A DNA stretch of 64,000 nucleotides from Gammaproteobacteria bacterium (GCA_030835925.1 JAURQW010000008.1:1732-65731); one strand, 5' to 3'; positions 31,071 to 43,332 are shown, counted from the first letter of the stretch. Made by a program: numbers and translations. Notes: generated by a model from the sequence alone, not told the origin.

Positions 31071-31631
31071 ATGACAAGTCAAATTTTTGCTGGTGTTGAT
31101 GAAGTTGGCAGAGGATGTTTGGCTGGACCTGTGGTGTCTGTTGCTATTATTTTAGATAGAACAGTTGACAAAACACTAATGGCAGACTCTAAGAAGCTTA
31201 CTCCAAAACAAAGAACTGAGCTTTCAAGATATATACTTAAACATACAAGGTCAATAGGTATAGGGGCGTGTGACAATCATGTGATTGATAGAATAAATAT
31301 ACACAATGCAACGTTGCTCTCAATGAAACAGGCTATTATTAATTTAAATTTACTCCCAGACTTAGCATTTATTGATGGTAAATTCGCACCAGATATAGAT
31401 ATAAATTGTGAATGTATAGTTAGAGGCGATGAATTAAAACCCGAAATCTCAGCTGCATCAATTATGGCAAAAGTTATAAGAGATAATGAAATGATAGTTT
31501 TAGATAAAATACTTCCAGTTTATGGCTTTAAAAAACATAAAGGATATGGAACTATTGAACATAAGACAGCAATTGCTAATTTTGGGCCATCAATTTATCA
31601 TAGATTTAGCTTTGCGCCGTTGAGTAAATAA
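31071..31631 (+). CDS. rnhB: ribonuclease HII
   Basis: IFAGVDEVGRGCLAGPVV catalytic N-terminus, DSKKLTPKQR, KHKGYGT. I prefer the ATG at 31071 over the track start at 31014. Confidence 0.94.
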   Translation: MTSQIFAGVDEVGRGCLAGPVVSVAIILDRTVDKTLMADSKKLTPKQRTELSRYILKHTRSIGIGACDNHVIDRINIHNATLLSMKQAIINLNLLPDLAFIDGKFAPDIDINCECIVRGDELKPEISAASIMAKVIRDNEMIVLDKILPVYGFKKHKGYGTIEHKTAIANFGPSIYHRFSFAPLSK

Positions 31632-34600
31632 ATGAAAAAAATATACACACAATTACATCTTCATTCATCATATTCACTAAGTGATAGTACAATTAATATT
31701 GATAGATTAATTAAGGCGGCAAAAAAAAACAAACTCAAGTCATTAGCTATCACTGACAGACTCAATATGTTTGCAGCCATTAAGTTTTATCAGAAATGTA
31801 TTGATAATAAAATTAAACCTATTATTGGATGTGAAATACCACTAAAAAGCAGTGTCTCAAATAAGTTAGAGGGAACGATTATTGCTTTGTGTCAAAATTA
31901 CTCAGGTTATAAAAACTTGATAAAACTACTCTCTGAAATACATGTAGGAAAAAAAGCAAATGAAAATCCTGCTGTCATAAAAACTCAATTAGAAAAGTAT
32001 AATCAAGGAATAATAATCCTAACAGGAGGAAGAAAGGGGTTCTTGGGAGAAAACTTATTAGTTGATAATTTGCAAGATAAACATTTCCTTTTACAATCAT
32101 TAAAAGATATTTTTCCTGATAGACTATATCTTCAAATTGATCGTATAAATGCAAATAATGAGGAGATATATAATAATAAAATCATAAATCTTGCTGAAGA
32201 TTTAAACCTTCCGCTTGTTGCCACAAATAATGTTTTATTTTTGGAAAAGCAGGATTTTGATGCCCATGAAGTTAGAGTATGTATTAATAAAAAGATCAAA
32301 ATTGATGACAGGACTAATCAAACTGAATTTACAGATAATCAATTCTTTAAATCAGAAAAAGAAATGATATCTATTTTTGAAGATCTTCCTGATGCGATAC
32401 AAAATATTTCAGAAATTATTAAAAGATGTAATATTCATATATCTTCTGATACCTATCATCTGCCAAAGTTTAACACACCTGATAACAGTGACATTGACGT
32501 CTATTTTGATCAGAAAGTAAGATTAGGTCTTGATAGCATTATTCAAAAAAATAATATTAAAGAAACAGATATATATCTCCAACGATTAAAGCTTGAGACC
32601 GATGTAATAAGAAAGATGGGTTTTGTTAGTTATTTTCTAATTGTACATGAGTTTATTGATTGGGCAAAAAAACAATTAATACCTGTGGGCCCAGGAAGAG
32701 GATCAGGCGCCGGCTCTTTAGTAGCTTATGCCCTTGACATAACCTCTATAGACCCTATTAAGCATAATCTCTTATTTGAGAGGTTTTTAAACCCTGAACG
32801 TATATCTATGCCTGATTTTGATATTGATTTTTGTATGATCAATAGACAAAAAATAATTGATCATATAACGGAGTTATATGGAGAAAATAAAGTATCGCAG
32901 ATTATCACATATGGATCACTAGCAGCTAGAGCTGTTATTAGAGACGTTGGAAGAGTTTTGGGAATGGGTTATACATTCGTTGATAAAATTGCAAAGATGA
33001 TACCTTTTAGTGTAGGTATAACCATTGATGATGCGCTTAAACAAAACAAAGAACTTAAAAAAGAATATGACTCAAATGATGAAATTAAGAATTTAATTAA
33101 TACATCAAAGAAATTAGAGGGACTCCCTAGAAATGTTGGAAAACATGCAGCTGGTATTGTGGTTGCACCTAATCAAATCGATGACTTTATACCTTTATAT
33201 AGAGTTGAAGAAAGCGATGAAATAGTTACTCAATACGATAAAGATGATATCGAAAAGCTAGGGTTAGTTAAATTTGATATTTTAGGCTTACGAACGCTAA
33301 GTATTATAGATAGAGCTATTAGAACTATTAAGAGTCAACATGGTGATATAGAGATGTGTCATGAAGACATAACAACTCCTGACAAGAAAGTTTTCGAGTT
33401 ACTTCAAAATAAGCTTACAACTGGTGTTTTTCAATTAGAATCATCAGGCATGAAAAGGTACATGGAAAGATTAAAGCCTGATTGTTTTGATGATATTGTC
33501 GCATTGGTAGCTTTATATAGACCAGGACCGCTTGGAACTAATATGGTTGATGATTTTATTAGCAACAAACATGGGAAAAAAATTGATTATGAACATCCAC
33601 TATTAGAACCTATATTATCTGAAACATATGGCTTGATATTATATCAGGAGCAAGTTATGGAAATATCTCGATCTCTTGGGGGGTATTCACTAGGAGAAGC
33701 TGATTTATTAAGAAGAGCCATGGGTAAGAAGAAAAAAGATGAAATGGAACAGCATAGAAAGCAATTTATTGAGGGAGCTAAAAATAAAAATATATCTGTA
33801 AATATAGCTAATTCAATTTTTTCTAAAATGGAAAAGTTTGCTGGTTATGGGTTTAATAAATCTCATTCAGTTGCTTATGCTTTTATTTCATACCAAACTG
33901 CTTTTTTAAAGACATACTATACTTCTGAATTTCTGTCAGCAGCTTTATCATCAGATATGGATAACACTGACAAGGTTATTTCATTGGTTGATGCTAGCAT
34001 AGAAATGGGCCTCTCAATTATGCAGCCAAACATCAATACATCTGACTTTAATTTTTTATCACTTAATAATGAATCAATATTATTTGGTCTTGGAGCAATT
34101 AAGGGGGTTGGTTACAATGCTGTGATTCATATAATAAATGAGCGTGAAAAAAATGGATATTTCAAAAATATATTTGATTTTTGTGAGAGAGTTTCATTAA
34201 CTGCAATTAATATAGGCACTCTAGATTCTTTAATATATTCTGGTTCTTTTGATTGTTTTGGCGAAAGCAGATTATCTCTTAAAAACAATTTAGATAATGC
34301 TATTAAATATGGTCAGCAAAAACAACACACAAAGAATATGGGGCAACATGAGTTATTCGAAAATAAATCAGAATCATTTTCTGCTAAAGAGATAAATGAA
34401 CATATACAAGTTAAGAAAGAAACCATTGGAGATAGATTAAAATCATTCAATTTAGAAAAAAAAGTTCTAGGTTTTTATCTCACTGGACATCCTGTTAATG
34501 AATATCATGATGAAATTGAGTCAATGTCTATTAAAAATATTAATTCATATTTCAAAAGACTTTACAAAAAATCTAATGATGATTTTAGTGAAGCTGCAAC

Positions 34601-35099
34601 AGTTTGTGGTGTAATAATAAACAGCCGTATACAAAGAATGGGACAAGATAGATTTATAAATATTCTAACTATTGATGACTCTTCACATCGATTAGAAATT
34701 ATTGTATATCCTGATATTTATGAAAAATATCAGAGTTTAATAAAAGAAAATGAAATCCTGTTTATTTCTGGAGTTATTTCAATGGATGAATATAATGGAG
34801 ATTTGAGCATGAAAGCAAATAAGATAATTGACCTAGATTCTGCTAGACAACAATATTCAAAAGAAGTTGAAATATTTTTATCCTCAGAATTTATCAATGA
34901 CGAGACACTGGCTGAAGTAGTTAGTCTCCTTGAGCCTCATAAAAATGGCAAATGCCCTTTGACTATCAAATGTCTGAGTCAAAAGCATATTGTCCCACTT
35001 AATTTAGATCAGGAATGGTTTGTTAACCCCTCGTCAATGCTAATAAATAACTTATCAGATCTACTTGGAAAGGAAAATATTATCGTTAAATACCAGTAG
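31632..35099 (+). CDS. dnaE: DNA polymerase III alpha subunit
   Basis: 1155 aa. PHP domain start LHLHSSYSLSDS. GPGRGSGAGSLVAYAL. PDFDIDF catalytic aspartates. OB-fold C-terminal region. Confidence 0.97.
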   Translation: MKKIYTQLHLHSSYSLSDSTINIDRLIKAAKKNKLKSLAITDRLNMFAAIKFYQKCIDNKIKPIIGCEIPLKSSVSNKLEGTIIALCQNYSGYKNLIKLLSEIHVGKKANENPAVIKTQLEKYNQGIIILTGGRKGFLGENLLVDNLQDKHFLLQSLKDIFPDRLYLQIDRINANNEEIYNNKIINLAEDLNLPLVATNNVLFLEKQDFDAHEVRVCINKKIKIDDRTNQTEFTDNQFFKSEKEMISIFEDLPDAIQNISEIIKRCNIHISSDTYHLPKFNTPDNSDIDVYFDQKVRLGLDSIIQKNNIKETDIYLQRLKLETDVIRKMGFVSYFLIVHEFIDWAKKQLIPVGPGRGSGAGSLVAYALDITSIDPIKHNLLFERFLNPERISMPDFDIDFCMINRQKIIDHITELYGENKVSQIITYGSLAARAVIRDVGRVLGMGYTFVDKIAKMIPFSVGITIDDALKQNKELKKEYDSNDEIKNLINTSKKLEGLPRNVGKHAAGIVVAPNQIDDFIPLYRVEESDEIVTQYDKDDIEKLGLVKFDILGLRTLSIIDRAIRTIKSQHGDIEMCHEDITTPDKKVFELLQNKLTTGVFQLESSGMKRYMERLKPDCFDDIVALVALYRPGPLGTNMVDDFISNKHGKKIDYEHPLLEPILSETYGLILYQEQVMEISRSLGGYSLGEADLLRRAMGKKKKDEMEQHRKQFIEGAKNKNISVNIANSIFSKMEKFAGYGFNKSHSVAYAFISYQTAFLKTYYTSEFLSAALSSDMDNTDKVISLVDASIEMGLSIMQPNINTSDFNFLSLNNESILFGLGAIKGVGYNAVIHIINEREKNGYFKNIFDFCERVSLTAINIGTLDSLIYSGSFDCFGESRLSLKNNLDNAIKYGQQKQHTKNMGQHELFENKSESFSAKEINEHIQVKKETIGDRLKSFNLEKKVLGFYLTGHPVNEYHDEIESMSIKNINSYFKRLYKKSNDDFSEAATVCGVIINSRIQRMGQDRFINILTIDDSSHRLEIIVYPDIYEKYQSLIKENEILFISGVISMDEYNGDLSMKANKIIDLDSARQQYSKEVEIFLSSEFINDETLAEVVSLLEPHKNGKCPLTIKCLSQKHIVPLNLDQEWFVNPSSMLINNLSDLLGKENIIVKYQ

Positions 35100-35134
35100 T
35101 TATGCTATATTGATTCTCATAAAATATTATAAAA

Positions 35135-36100
35135 ATGAAAGAATATAATCCTAATTATTTAGATTTTGAACAACCACTGCTTGAAATTGAAGCTAAAATT
35201 AAGCAATTAAAAAATGATCCTGAGAGAACAGCTAAAAGTGAGGCCGCGGTCAACAAACTTGAGAAAGATTATATTGATCAGACAAAAAAAATATTTGGTA
35301 GTTTGTCTGACTGGCAGATATCTCAGTTAGCTAGACATCCATTGAGACCATATACACTAGATTATATCCCTAGTTTATTCACATCTTTTGAGGAACTTCA
35401 TGGAGATAGAATGTTTGGAGACGACCCTGCCATAATATCTGGTATAGCAAAAATTGATGACTTTGATTTTATGTTCATTGGCCATCAAAAAGGCCGAGAT
35501 GCTAAAGAAAAGGTAAAGAGAAACTTTGGCATGCCAAAACCTGAAGGTTATAGAAAAGCACTAAGGATCATGAAACTTGCTGAAAAATTTAATTTACCTA
35601 TTATCACATTTATTGATACACCGGGTGCCTATCCTGGTATAGATGCTGAGTCTAGAAATCAAAGTCAGGCTATTGCTGAGAATCTTTATGTAATGTCTAA
35701 CCTTAAAGTCCCAATAATATCAGTGATTATCGGGGAAGGAGGATCTGGCGGTGCGCTAGCGATAGGTGTATGTGATAAACTTGGGATGTTACAAAATAGT
35801 ATTTATTCTGTCATAAGCCCTGAAGGTTGTGCATCAATACTTTGGAAAGATGCAAAAAAAGCAGAATTGGCTGCAGACGCGCTTTGTATAACAGCGTCCA
35901 AATTATTAGAGTTTAAACTTATAGACACTATTATTCCTGAGCCATCTGGTGGTGCTCATAGAGATTATGGTGCAATGACCTCATCATTAAAAATGAACCT
36001 GCTTTCTATGTTAGCTGACTTAGCGAGTATGGATATTGAAGAATTGTTACTTAAACGAAAACTGAAACTTGAGTCATATGGAAAATTTGAAACAGTCTGA
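35135..36100 (+). CDS. accA: acetyl-CoA carboxylase carboxyltransferase alpha subunit
   Basis: [38 protein letters not shown]. Confidence 0.96.
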   Translation: MKEYNPNYLDFEQPLLEIEAKIKQLKNDPERTAKSEAAVNKLEKDYIDQTKKIFGSLSDWQISQLARHPLRPYTLDYIPSLFTSFEELHGDRMFGDDPAIISGIAKIDDFDFMFIGHQKGRDAKEKVKRNFGMPKPEGYRKALRIMKLAEKFNLPIITFIDTPGAYPGIDAESRNQSQAIAENLYVMSNLKVPIISVIIGEGGSGGALAIGVCDKLGMLQNSIYSVISPEGCASILWKDAKKAELAADALCITASKLLEFKLIDTIIPEPSGGAHRDYGAMTSSLKMNLLSMLADLASMDIEELLLKRKLKLESYGKFETV

Positions 36101-37046
36101 TCTAATTTCATTTTGTCGCAATCAACTTTCTAAGCTCCCTGTAAAAAAAATTCTATTAGCATATAGTGGTGGTCAGGATTCCTCGGTTCTATTGGATTGT
36201 CTGCATAAAGTTAGTCAGGACAAATCTATATCTTTAAGAACGATTCATGTTAACCATGGTTTATCATCTGATGCGAAAAATTTTGAACAGCACTGCAATG
36301 TCATTGCCGAACAGCTGAATATACCTCATGAAACTATCATGATACATATTGACTCTTCATCAAATATTGAGGAAAGATGTCGCCTGAAAAGATATGAAGC
36401 TCTTGTAAAAAGCTGTCAGGATAATGAAGTGATTTTTACAGGACATCATGAAGAAGATCAGGTTGAAACTTTTTTATTAAGACTTATACGTGGCTCTGGA
36501 GCACGAGGACTTTCTTCAATGAAGATGCTCTCCTGGTATGATGAAAAAATGATATTTAGGCCATTTCTACATGTATCAAAATCAAGAATAGATGAGTACT
36601 GCTCGAAAAACAAAATTTCTTTCGTTCAAGATTTATCTAATGATAATGTGCATTTTGATAGAAATTTTATTCGCACTAAAGTATCTCCAATCCTAAAAAC
36701 GAGATGGCCTTCATTAAATAAAAATATTATTAATAATATTAACATACAGAATATACAATCCCGTTTTATTACTGATAGTGTGCATAAGATTTTATGTACA
36801 ATGTACTTAAATGATAATAATAAGTTATCAGTCTCTAAATTGAATGACGAAGAAACTTATAATAAAATTATGATTATCCATGAATGGGTATTCATGCAAA
36901 GTAATGTGAGTTTAAACTTAAAACAAATTTTTGAAATTCTAAAAATACTAGAAACTAATAATGATTCGAATCCGTTATTTTCTCTCAATAAAATAAAAAT
37001 AACCAAGAAAAGGGATATTTTAGAGATTTCTATTACTAAAAGCTAA
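36078..37046 (+). CDS. tilS: tRNA(Ile)-lysidine synthase, short form
   Basis: PP-loop [41 protein letters not shown]. Only about 322 aa. I prefer the ATG at 36078 (23-nt overlap with accA) over the TTG at 36069. Confidence 0.86.
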   Translation: MENLKQSDLISFCRNQLSKLPVKKILLAYSGGQDSSVLLDCLHKVSQDKSISLRTIHVNHGLSSDAKNFEQHCNVIAEQLNIPHETIMIHIDSSSNIEERCRLKRYEALVKSCQDNEVIFTGHHEEDQVETFLLRLIRGSGARGLSSMKMLSWYDEKMIFRPFLHVSKSRIDEYCSKNKISFVQDLSNDNVHFDRNFIRTKVSPILKTRWPSLNKNIINNINIQNIQSRFITDSVHKILCTMYLNDNNKLSVSKLNDEETYNKIMIIHEWVFMQSNVSLNLKQIFEILKILETNNDSNPLFSLNKIKITKKRDILEISITKS

Positions 37047-37116
37047 TATACCCAATATTAGTGTCTAATTTATATATTTTTTCAATGATTTCGTCTATAC
37101 TTTTCCTAAGTAATAT

Positions 37117-38736
37117 ATGACAAGATATGTATTTATCACTGGCGGGGTTGTTTCATCTCTTGGAAAGGGAATTGCAGCTGCCTCCCTTGCTTCTTTATTC
37201 AAACTAAGAGGTTTTAGAGTCTCACTTCAAAAACTAGATCCTTATATCAACCTTGATCCTGGAACAATGAGTCCTATACAACACGGAGAAGTATTCGTCA
37301 CGGAGGATGGAGCGGAAACAGATTTAGATTTAGGTCATTATGAGAGGTTTGTTGGGATTCAAATGTCACAAGACAGTAATGTAACATCAGGAAGGGTTTA
37401 TTCCAACGTAATCAATAAAGAGAGGAAAGGAAGTTATCTAGGTAGCACCGTGCAAGTCATACCTCACATTACAGATGAAATAAAGAATCTAGTTATTAAA
37501 GGAGCAAAAAAGGCAGATATTGCTTTTGTTGAGGTTGGGGGTACGGTTGGTGATATCGAGTCGTTACCTTTTCTTGAATCAATCAGACAATTTAGTTTAG
37601 ATTTAGGTAAAAGCAAATCAATGTTTATACATCTTACATTGTTGCCATATATTGATGTTACTAATGAAATTAAAACGAAGCCAACTCAGCATTCCGTTAA
37701 AGAGTTAAGATCAATTGGAATTCAGCCAGATATCCTTTTATGTAGAGGAAAAAATCCTATTAATCAGTCACTTAAAAAGAAAATCGCATTATTCACTAAT
37801 GTTTCCAGTGAAGCGGTATTTTCAGCTGTTGATGCTAAATCAATCTATGATATTCCAATAATGTTTAGCGAGCAGGGTATAGATAAATTTATGATGAAAA
37901 GCTTTAAGATAAGAGATAAGAAGCTTAATCTTAAGCCTTGGAAAGACTATAAGAAAAAAGTTGGAAAATGTAAAAATAAGATAAAAATAGCCATGATTGG
38001 AAAATATGTTGATCTAGTAGACTCATATAAATCATTAAATGAGGCCTTGTATCATGCAGGTGTCATTAATAATAGAATAGTAGACATAGTATATTTAGAC
38101 TCGGAAAAACTTAATAAACGTAACATTAAGCAGTTGTCTAAAATGGATGGGATACTTGTTCCGGGTGGATTTGGTGACAGAGGCATAGAGGGTAAAATTT
38201 TAGCCGCTGAGTTTGCTAGAGTTAATAATATCCCATATTTTGGAATATGTCTTGGAATGCAAATTTCTGTAATTGAGTTTGCAAGAAATGTTATGAAGCT
38301 AAATAAAGCCAATAGCACAGAGTTTAATAAAAACACTAAATACCCAGTCGTGGCTCTTGTCGAAGAGTGGAGAGAAAAGTCTGGCAAGAGAATCTTAGCT
38401 GATAAGAGTAAAATGGGAGGCACGATGCGTTTGGGCTCTCAAGAATGTATCATTAACAAAGATTCGTTGGCGTATAAAATGTATTCTAAACCAAAGATTG
38501 CAGAAAGACATAGACATAGATACGAGGTAAATGGAAATCTTGTTGGAGATTTTGAGAAAAATGGTTTAGCATTCAGCGGTAAGTCAAAAAAAGGAAATTT
38601 AATGGAAATGATCGAGTTAAAGAATCACGCTTGGTATGTAGGCTGTCAGTTTCATCCAGAGTTCACATCATCCCCAATAAAAGGCCACCCATTATTCAAT
38701 GGATTTGTTAACGCAGCGTCTAAAAGGAGAAAATAA
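37117..38736 (+). CDS. pyrG: CTP synthase
   Basis: [17 protein letters not shown]. GATase Cys in [20 protein letters not shown]. Confidence 0.97.
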   Translation: MTRYVFITGGVVSSLGKGIAAASLASLFKLRGFRVSLQKLDPYINLDPGTMSPIQHGEVFVTEDGAETDLDLGHYERFVGIQMSQDSNVTSGRVYSNVINKERKGSYLGSTVQVIPHITDEIKNLVIKGAKKADIAFVEVGGTVGDIESLPFLESIRQFSLDLGKSKSMFIHLTLLPYIDVTNEIKTKPTQHSVKELRSIGIQPDILLCRGKNPINQSLKKKIALFTNVSSEAVFSAVDAKSIYDIPIMFSEQGIDKFMMKSFKIRDKKLNLKPWKDYKKKVGKCKNKIKIAMIGKYVDLVDSYKSLNEALYHAGVINNRIVDIVYLDSEKLNKRNIKQLSKMDGILVPGGFGDRGIEGKILAAEFARVNNIPYFGICLGMQISVIEFARNVMKLNKANSTEFNKNTKYPVVALVEEWREKSGKRILADKSKMGGTMRLGSQECIINKDSLAYKMYSKPKIAERHRHRYEVNGNLVGDFEKNGLAFSGKSKKGNLMEMIELKNHAWYVGCQFHPEFTSSPIKGHPLFNGFVNAASKRRK

Positions 38737-38737
38737 A

Positions 38738-39538
38738 ATGTCCTTGGATATTGGAAATTGTAAAAATTTGACACTAATTTCTGGGCCTTGTGCTATTGAG
38801 TCAGAAACAATGACTTTATCAATAGCAGAGTATATGTGTGAGATCACTAAAGACTTACCAATTTCTTACGTTTTCAAGGCGTCTTTTGACAAAGCTAATA
38901 GATCATCGATTGAATCTAACAGAGGTGTTGGCATTGAAAAAGGTTTGAAAATACTAGAAAAAGTCAGAAAGACTTTTAATGTTCCAGTTTTAACAGATGT
39001 GCATGAAGATACACCAATTGACGAGGTTGCTGATGTTGTGGATATTCTCCAAACTCCTGCTTTTTTGTGTAGGCAGACAAATTTTATAACCAAAGTTGCT
39101 GCTACTATGAAGCCAGTTAATATCAAAAAAGGCCAATTTTTATCGCCCAAAGAGATGATAAACGTCGTAATAAAAGCTAAATCTACTGGTAATAAAGATA
39201 TTTACGTATGTGAAAGAGGAGTCTCTTTTGGGTATAATAATTTAGTTTCAGACATGAGGTCTCTCGAGATTCTCAAGGAAACTGGTTGTCCAGTTATTTT
39301 CGATGCATCGCACTCAGTGCAACAACCGGGGGCGCTAAGCAACCAGTCTGGTGGTGAAAGCGAATTTATTCCAGTGTTGGCACGAGCTGCTACAGCTGTT
39401 GGCATAGATGGAATATTCATTGAAACTCATCCAGAGCCAGAAAAGGCTCTGAGTGATGGAAAAAACTCATTAAATATCAATAATATGAAAGAGTTATTGG
39501 ATAGTATTATTAAAATAAATAAGGTAGTAAAAGATTAA
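38738..39538 (+). CDS. kdsA: 3-deoxy-8-phosphooctulonate (KDO-8-P) synthase
   Basis: [35 protein letters not shown] Shine-Dalgarno before the ATG at 38738. The track start at 38699 overlaps pyrG. Confidence 0.95.
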   Translation: MSLDIGNCKNLTLISGPCAIESETMTLSIAEYMCEITKDLPISYVFKASFDKANRSSIESNRGVGIEKGLKILEKVRKTFNVPVLTDVHEDTPIDEVADVVDILQTPAFLCRQTNFITKVAATMKPVNIKKGQFLSPKEMINVVIKAKSTGNKDIYVCERGVSFGYNNLVSDMRSLEILKETGCPVIFDASHSVQQPGALSNQSGGESEFIPVLARAATAVGIDGIFIETHPEPEKALSDGKNSLNINNMKELLDSIIKINKVVKD

Positions 39539-39539
39539 T

Positions 39540-40829
39540 ATGGAGCGTAAATTGAATAAAATAGTTGACGTAAATGCAAGACAAATTCTTGACTCTAGGG
39601 GTAACCCAACAGTAGAAGTAGACATGGTGCTTAGCAACGATATTATTGGTAGAGGTATCTCGCCATCTGGAGCTTCAACAGGTATTTTGGAGGCTTTAGA
39701 ATTAAGAGATGGTGATAAAGATGTTTATATGGGTAAATCTGTATATGATGCAGTAAATAATATAAACATAGATATTAAAAATACCATTATAAATCAATCA
39801 TTTGAGCAATCTACATTAGATGAATTATTAATTAATCTTGATGGAACTGAGAATAAGAAAAATTTAGGCGCAAACGCGATTCTAGCTGTATCATTAGCTT
39901 TTGCACATGCTAATGCAAAAGCCTTAAATATACCGTTATATAAGACTTTTGGTGAAGAAACTGATCTTTCTTTGCCTGTCCCAATGATGAATATAATTAA
40001 TGGTGGAGCGCATGCTAACAATGACCTAGATTTCCAAGAATTTATGATATTACCAATTGGTTTTGATTCTTTTTCTGATAGTTTAAGAGCAGGTGTAGAA
40101 ATATTTCATACTCTAAAAAATAATCTCAATAAAAAATCTCTAGCTACATCAGTTGGCGATGAAGGGGGCTTTGCACCCAATATCTCATCTAATAATGAAG
40201 CTTTGGAAGTAATATTGGATTCTATAGAAAAGGCAGGCTATAAACCCGGCGAAGAGCTATATCTTGGTTTAGATGTTGCCAGTTCGGAATTTTATAAAGA
40301 TGGCAGCTACATGATGTCTGATGGCAAATCCTATGATAACAAAGGATTTTGTGCTTATCTGGAGTCATTATGTAATGATTACCCAATTCTATCCATAGAG
40401 GACGGTATGTCTGAGAATGATTGGGAGGGCTGGGAAATTCTTACCAATAAACTTGATGAAAAAATTCAGCTTGTCGGTGATGATGTATTTGTCACAAACC
40501 AGAAGATCTTTAAAACAGGTATAGATAAAAAAGTTGCTAATGCAATTTTGATTAAGTTTAATCAGATAGGAACTATCACAGAAACATTGGATACAATAAA
40601 TCTAGCTAAGAAAAACAATTATAATTATATAATATCTCATAGAAGTGGTGAAACAGAAGATGTGACAATCGCAGATATGAGTGTTGGAACTTCTTCGGGT
40701 CAAATTAAAACCGGCTCTCTTTCACGCTCAGATAGAGTAGCTAAATATAATCAGTTACTCAGGATTGAAGAACAGATAGGCAAGTCTTTCTTCAATAAAA
40801 ACAACGTATTTAAGAAGTGGTTAAAATGA
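39540..40829 (+). CDS. eno: enolase
   Basis: [41 protein letters not shown]. Confidence 0.97.
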   Translation: MERKLNKIVDVNARQILDSRGNPTVEVDMVLSNDIIGRGISPSGASTGILEALELRDGDKDVYMGKSVYDAVNNINIDIKNTIINQSFEQSTLDELLINLDGTENKKNLGANAILAVSLAFAHANAKALNIPLYKTFGEETDLSLPVPMMNIINGGAHANNDLDFQEFMILPIGFDSFSDSLRAGVEIFHTLKNNLNKKSLATSVGDEGGFAPNISSNNEALEVILDSIEKAGYKPGEELYLGLDVASSEFYKDGSYMMSDGKSYDNKGFCAYLESLCNDYPILSIEDGMSENDWEGWEILTNKLDEKIQLVGDDVFVTNQKIFKTGIDKKVANAILIKFNQIGTITETLDTINLAKKNNYNYIISHRSGETEDVTIADMSVGTSSGQIKTGSLSRSDRVAKYNQLLRIEEQIGKSFFNKNNVFKKWLK

Positions 40830-41104
40830 AAATATTCCATCTAATATGTTTGGTTTTATTTCTGAGTTTACAACACTCTTTGTTTTTTAGTAGTAATAGT
40901 ATATTTACTTACTTCAATTTAAAACAAACATATAATTCGTATGACAACCAAGTTATCTTATTGACTCAGTCCAACGATAGACTTAATTTAGAAATAGAAA
41001 AGATTTACAATAGCAAGTCTTTTTTAGAGGGTTATGCTAGAGAAAACTATGGGTATATTAAAGAAGATGAAATATTCTTTCAAATAATAAAAGATGAAAA
41101 ATAA
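40826..41104 (+). CDS. ftsB: cell division protein FtsB
   Basis: About 92 aa. N-terminal TM segment, coiled coil, and [18 protein letters not shown] typical of the FtsB/DivIC family. ATGA overlap with the eno stop. Conserved eno-ftsB-ispD order. Confidence 0.78.
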   Translation: MKIFHLICLVLFLSLQHSLFFSSNSIFTYFNLKQTYNSYDNQVILLTQSNDRLNLEIEKIYNSKSFLEGYARENYGYIKEDEIFFQIIKDEK

Positions 41105-41780
41105 AAAATATGATGCAGTTATCTTAGCTGCAGGCAAAAGTCAAAGGTATAATTCTTCAAAACCTAAACAATATCTAAAAATAAACTCAAAAAATCTAAT
41201 TAATATTGCAATAGAGAAAATATCAGAAACAAAAAAAATAAAAAACTTTTTTGTTGTAATTGATAAAAATAGTCAATATAAAGCTCCATCAAAATATTCA
41301 AATATATTTTTAGTAAAAGGAGGAGCTACAAGAACTAAATCAGTATTTAATGCATTGAGATTTGCATTAAAATCCAATATACAATCTAAAAATATTATAA
41401 TTCATGATGCCGCTCGTCCATGTGTAGATATAAAAGATATTAATAGATTATTAGATCATTCAAAATCTATAAGGACTGGCATATCTTTAGGATATCCTTT
41501 AACTAATGCTCTTAAAAAAATCAATAAAAAGTCAACTGTAGTAAGTAATATAAAACGCGATAACCTGTATATGTCTTTTACGCCTCAATTATTTAATTTT
41601 TCTAAATTATTTATGGCATATAGTGATATCATTAATAAGAAGATTCAGGTGGATGATGAAATTGAGGCAATGTCTCTATTAAATTATAACGTAAAGATCA
41701 TAAAAGCATCTGTTGGAAATATCAAATTAACCTATCAAGATGATCTCAAGGTTATAAAATTATTAATGAATAAAAAATGA
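41094..41780 (+). CDS. ispD: 2-C-methyl-D-erythritol 4-phosphate cytidylyltransferase
   Basis: AVILAAGKSQRYNSSKPKQYLKI N-terminal motif, IIHDAARPC, and position. Confidence 0.87.
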   Translation: MKNKKYDAVILAAGKSQRYNSSKPKQYLKINSKNLINIAIEKISETKKIKNFFVVIDKNSQYKAPSKYSNIFLVKGGATRTKSVFNALRFALKSNIQSKNIIIHDAARPCVDIKDINRLLDHSKSIRTGISLGYPLTNALKKINKKSTVVSNIKRDNLYMSFTPQLFNFSKLFMAYSDIINKKIQVDDEIEAMSLLNYNVKIIKASVGNIKLTYQDDLKVIKLLMNKK

Positions 41781-42271
41781 GAGTAGGATTAGGCATAGAT
41801 ACGCATCAGTTAATTTCTGGTAACTCAATTAGATTATCAGGAATTGATATCCCTTCAACTATTTCAATTAAAGCGCACTCTGATGGCGACATTATATACC
41901 ACTCTATTGCTGATTCCATATTAGGAGCTATTGGAGCAGGTGACATAGGAGATTATTTTCCTGATACTGATTCAAATAATAAAGATCTAGATAGCAGAAT
42001 CATCGTAGAATTGTCAGTCAAGAAATCTTTAGATGCGGGTTTTTTATTAAATAACCTTGATATAGCTCTGTTGTTAGAAAAACCAAAAATATCAACCTAC
42101 AAGAGTCAAATGAAAAAAAATATATGTGATATATTTAATGAGATAAGTTCTGATAAATATGTAGATACTAGTATGATTAATATCAAAGCCTCTACATCAG
42201 AATCCTTGGGCTATATTGGGAGAGGCGAAGGAGTGACTTGTTACTGCATAGCTTCTCTATCTAATATCTAA
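41777..42271 (+). CDS. ispF: 2-C-methyl-D-erythritol 2,4-cyclodiphosphate synthase
   Basis: RVGLGIDTHQL, HSDGDIIYHSIADSILGA, GDIGDYFPDTD. Confidence 0.93.
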   Translation: MRVGLGIDTHQLISGNSIRLSGIDIPSTISIKAHSDGDIIYHSIADSILGAIGAGDIGDYFPDTDSNNKDLDSRIIVELSVKKSLDAGFLLNNLDIALLLEKPKISTYKSQMKKNICDIFNEISSDKYVDTSMINIKASTSESLGYIGRGEGVTCYCIASLSNI

Positions 42272-42290
42272 TTGAGGCATTTGTATTAAC

Positions 42291-43307
42291 ATGGAACAGA
42301 ATACTATCGGACCATTAATAATTAATTTAGATGGAACCAAATTATCTGAAAATGAAAAAAATCTCATAAAGGATAAACTTATAGGTGGCATAATATTATT
42401 TAGTCATAATTATGTTTCACGAACTCAATTAAAAGAATTAATTCTAGATATTAAGAATGTAAAAGATAATATTTTAGTCTCAATAGATCATGAAGGGGGG
42501 AGAGTACAGAGATTATTGGATGGCTTTACTCATCTTCCTAGTTTAGAGTCAATTTCAAAGATTGATGATCTTAACGATAAATTATCAGCCTCTTATAATG
42601 CGGGATTTATTGGAGCTGGCGAGCTTTCAGCAATGAATATAGATATAAATTATTCACCTGTAATCGATATAAATCATAATAAGAAAAACAAACTTTTGAA
42701 GGGCAGAACATTTGGCGATGATCCAGATATGATAATACGATTGGCTGAAAGTTATATTAAGGGATCTTTGGATGGTGGAATACTGCCAGTCTTAAAACAT
42801 TTTCCAGGTCATGGTAGAGTCAATACAGATAGTCATATAGAAAACTGTGTATCTAAAATTGACCTCAATACTCTTTCTAGAACTGATATCTTGCCATTTC
42901 AGGAATTACATAATAGATTCTCCGAGTACAATCTACCTATTATGACAAACCATATAATATATCCTGATATAGATGACTATATAACAACTTACTCAAGAAA
43001 GTGGCTAACAAATCTATCTGCCTCTATCTTTAATAAATCACCATTATTTATAAGCGATGATGTGGAAATGTTTTCTGCTATTTCAATAAACAATAGCAAT
43101 ATATCATGTGAAGAGAGGCTTTTGCTTGCAATGAAAGCAGGTTGCAGATTAGTAATCGCAACAACTATGCAGAATCCAAAGATTATAGATGATAAATGTT
43201 CCTATAAATATTTTAAAGAAAAATACTTAACTAGAAATATCATTGAGCACTATGAAAAAATTCATGATAAAATGTTAGAAATAACATTACCCAAAAGCAA
43301 TAACTAA
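42291..43307 (+). CDS. nagZ: beta-N-acetylhexosaminidase (GH3, peptidoglycan recycling)
   Basis: GGIILFSHNY, IDHEGGRVQR, KHFPGHGRVNTDSH. Confidence 0.86.
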   Translation: MEQNTIGPLIINLDGTKLSENEKNLIKDKLIGGIILFSHNYVSRTQLKELILDIKNVKDNILVSIDHEGGRVQRLLDGFTHLPSLESISKIDDLNDKLSASYNAGFIGAGELSAMNIDINYSPVIDINHNKKNKLLKGRTFGDDPDMIIRLAESYIKGSLDGGILPVLKHFPGHGRVNTDSHIENCVSKIDLNTLSRTDILPFQELHNRFSEYNLPIMTNHIIYPDIDDYITTYSRKWLTNLSASIFNKSPLFISDDVEMFSAISINNSNISCEERLLLAMKAGCRLVIATTMQNPKIIDDKCSYKYFKEKYLTRNIIEHYEKIHDKMLEITLPKSNN

Positions 43308-43332
43308 TGAATTTGTTGCAAATTAAAGCAGG

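Noticed and set aside
43310-43324. A hairpin AATTTG-TTG-CAAATT just after the nagZ stop, considered as a terminator.
   Set aside because: The stem is a weak 6-bp all-A/T-dominated helix with a 3-nt loop and no following T-tract. The next gene starts 9 nt later.
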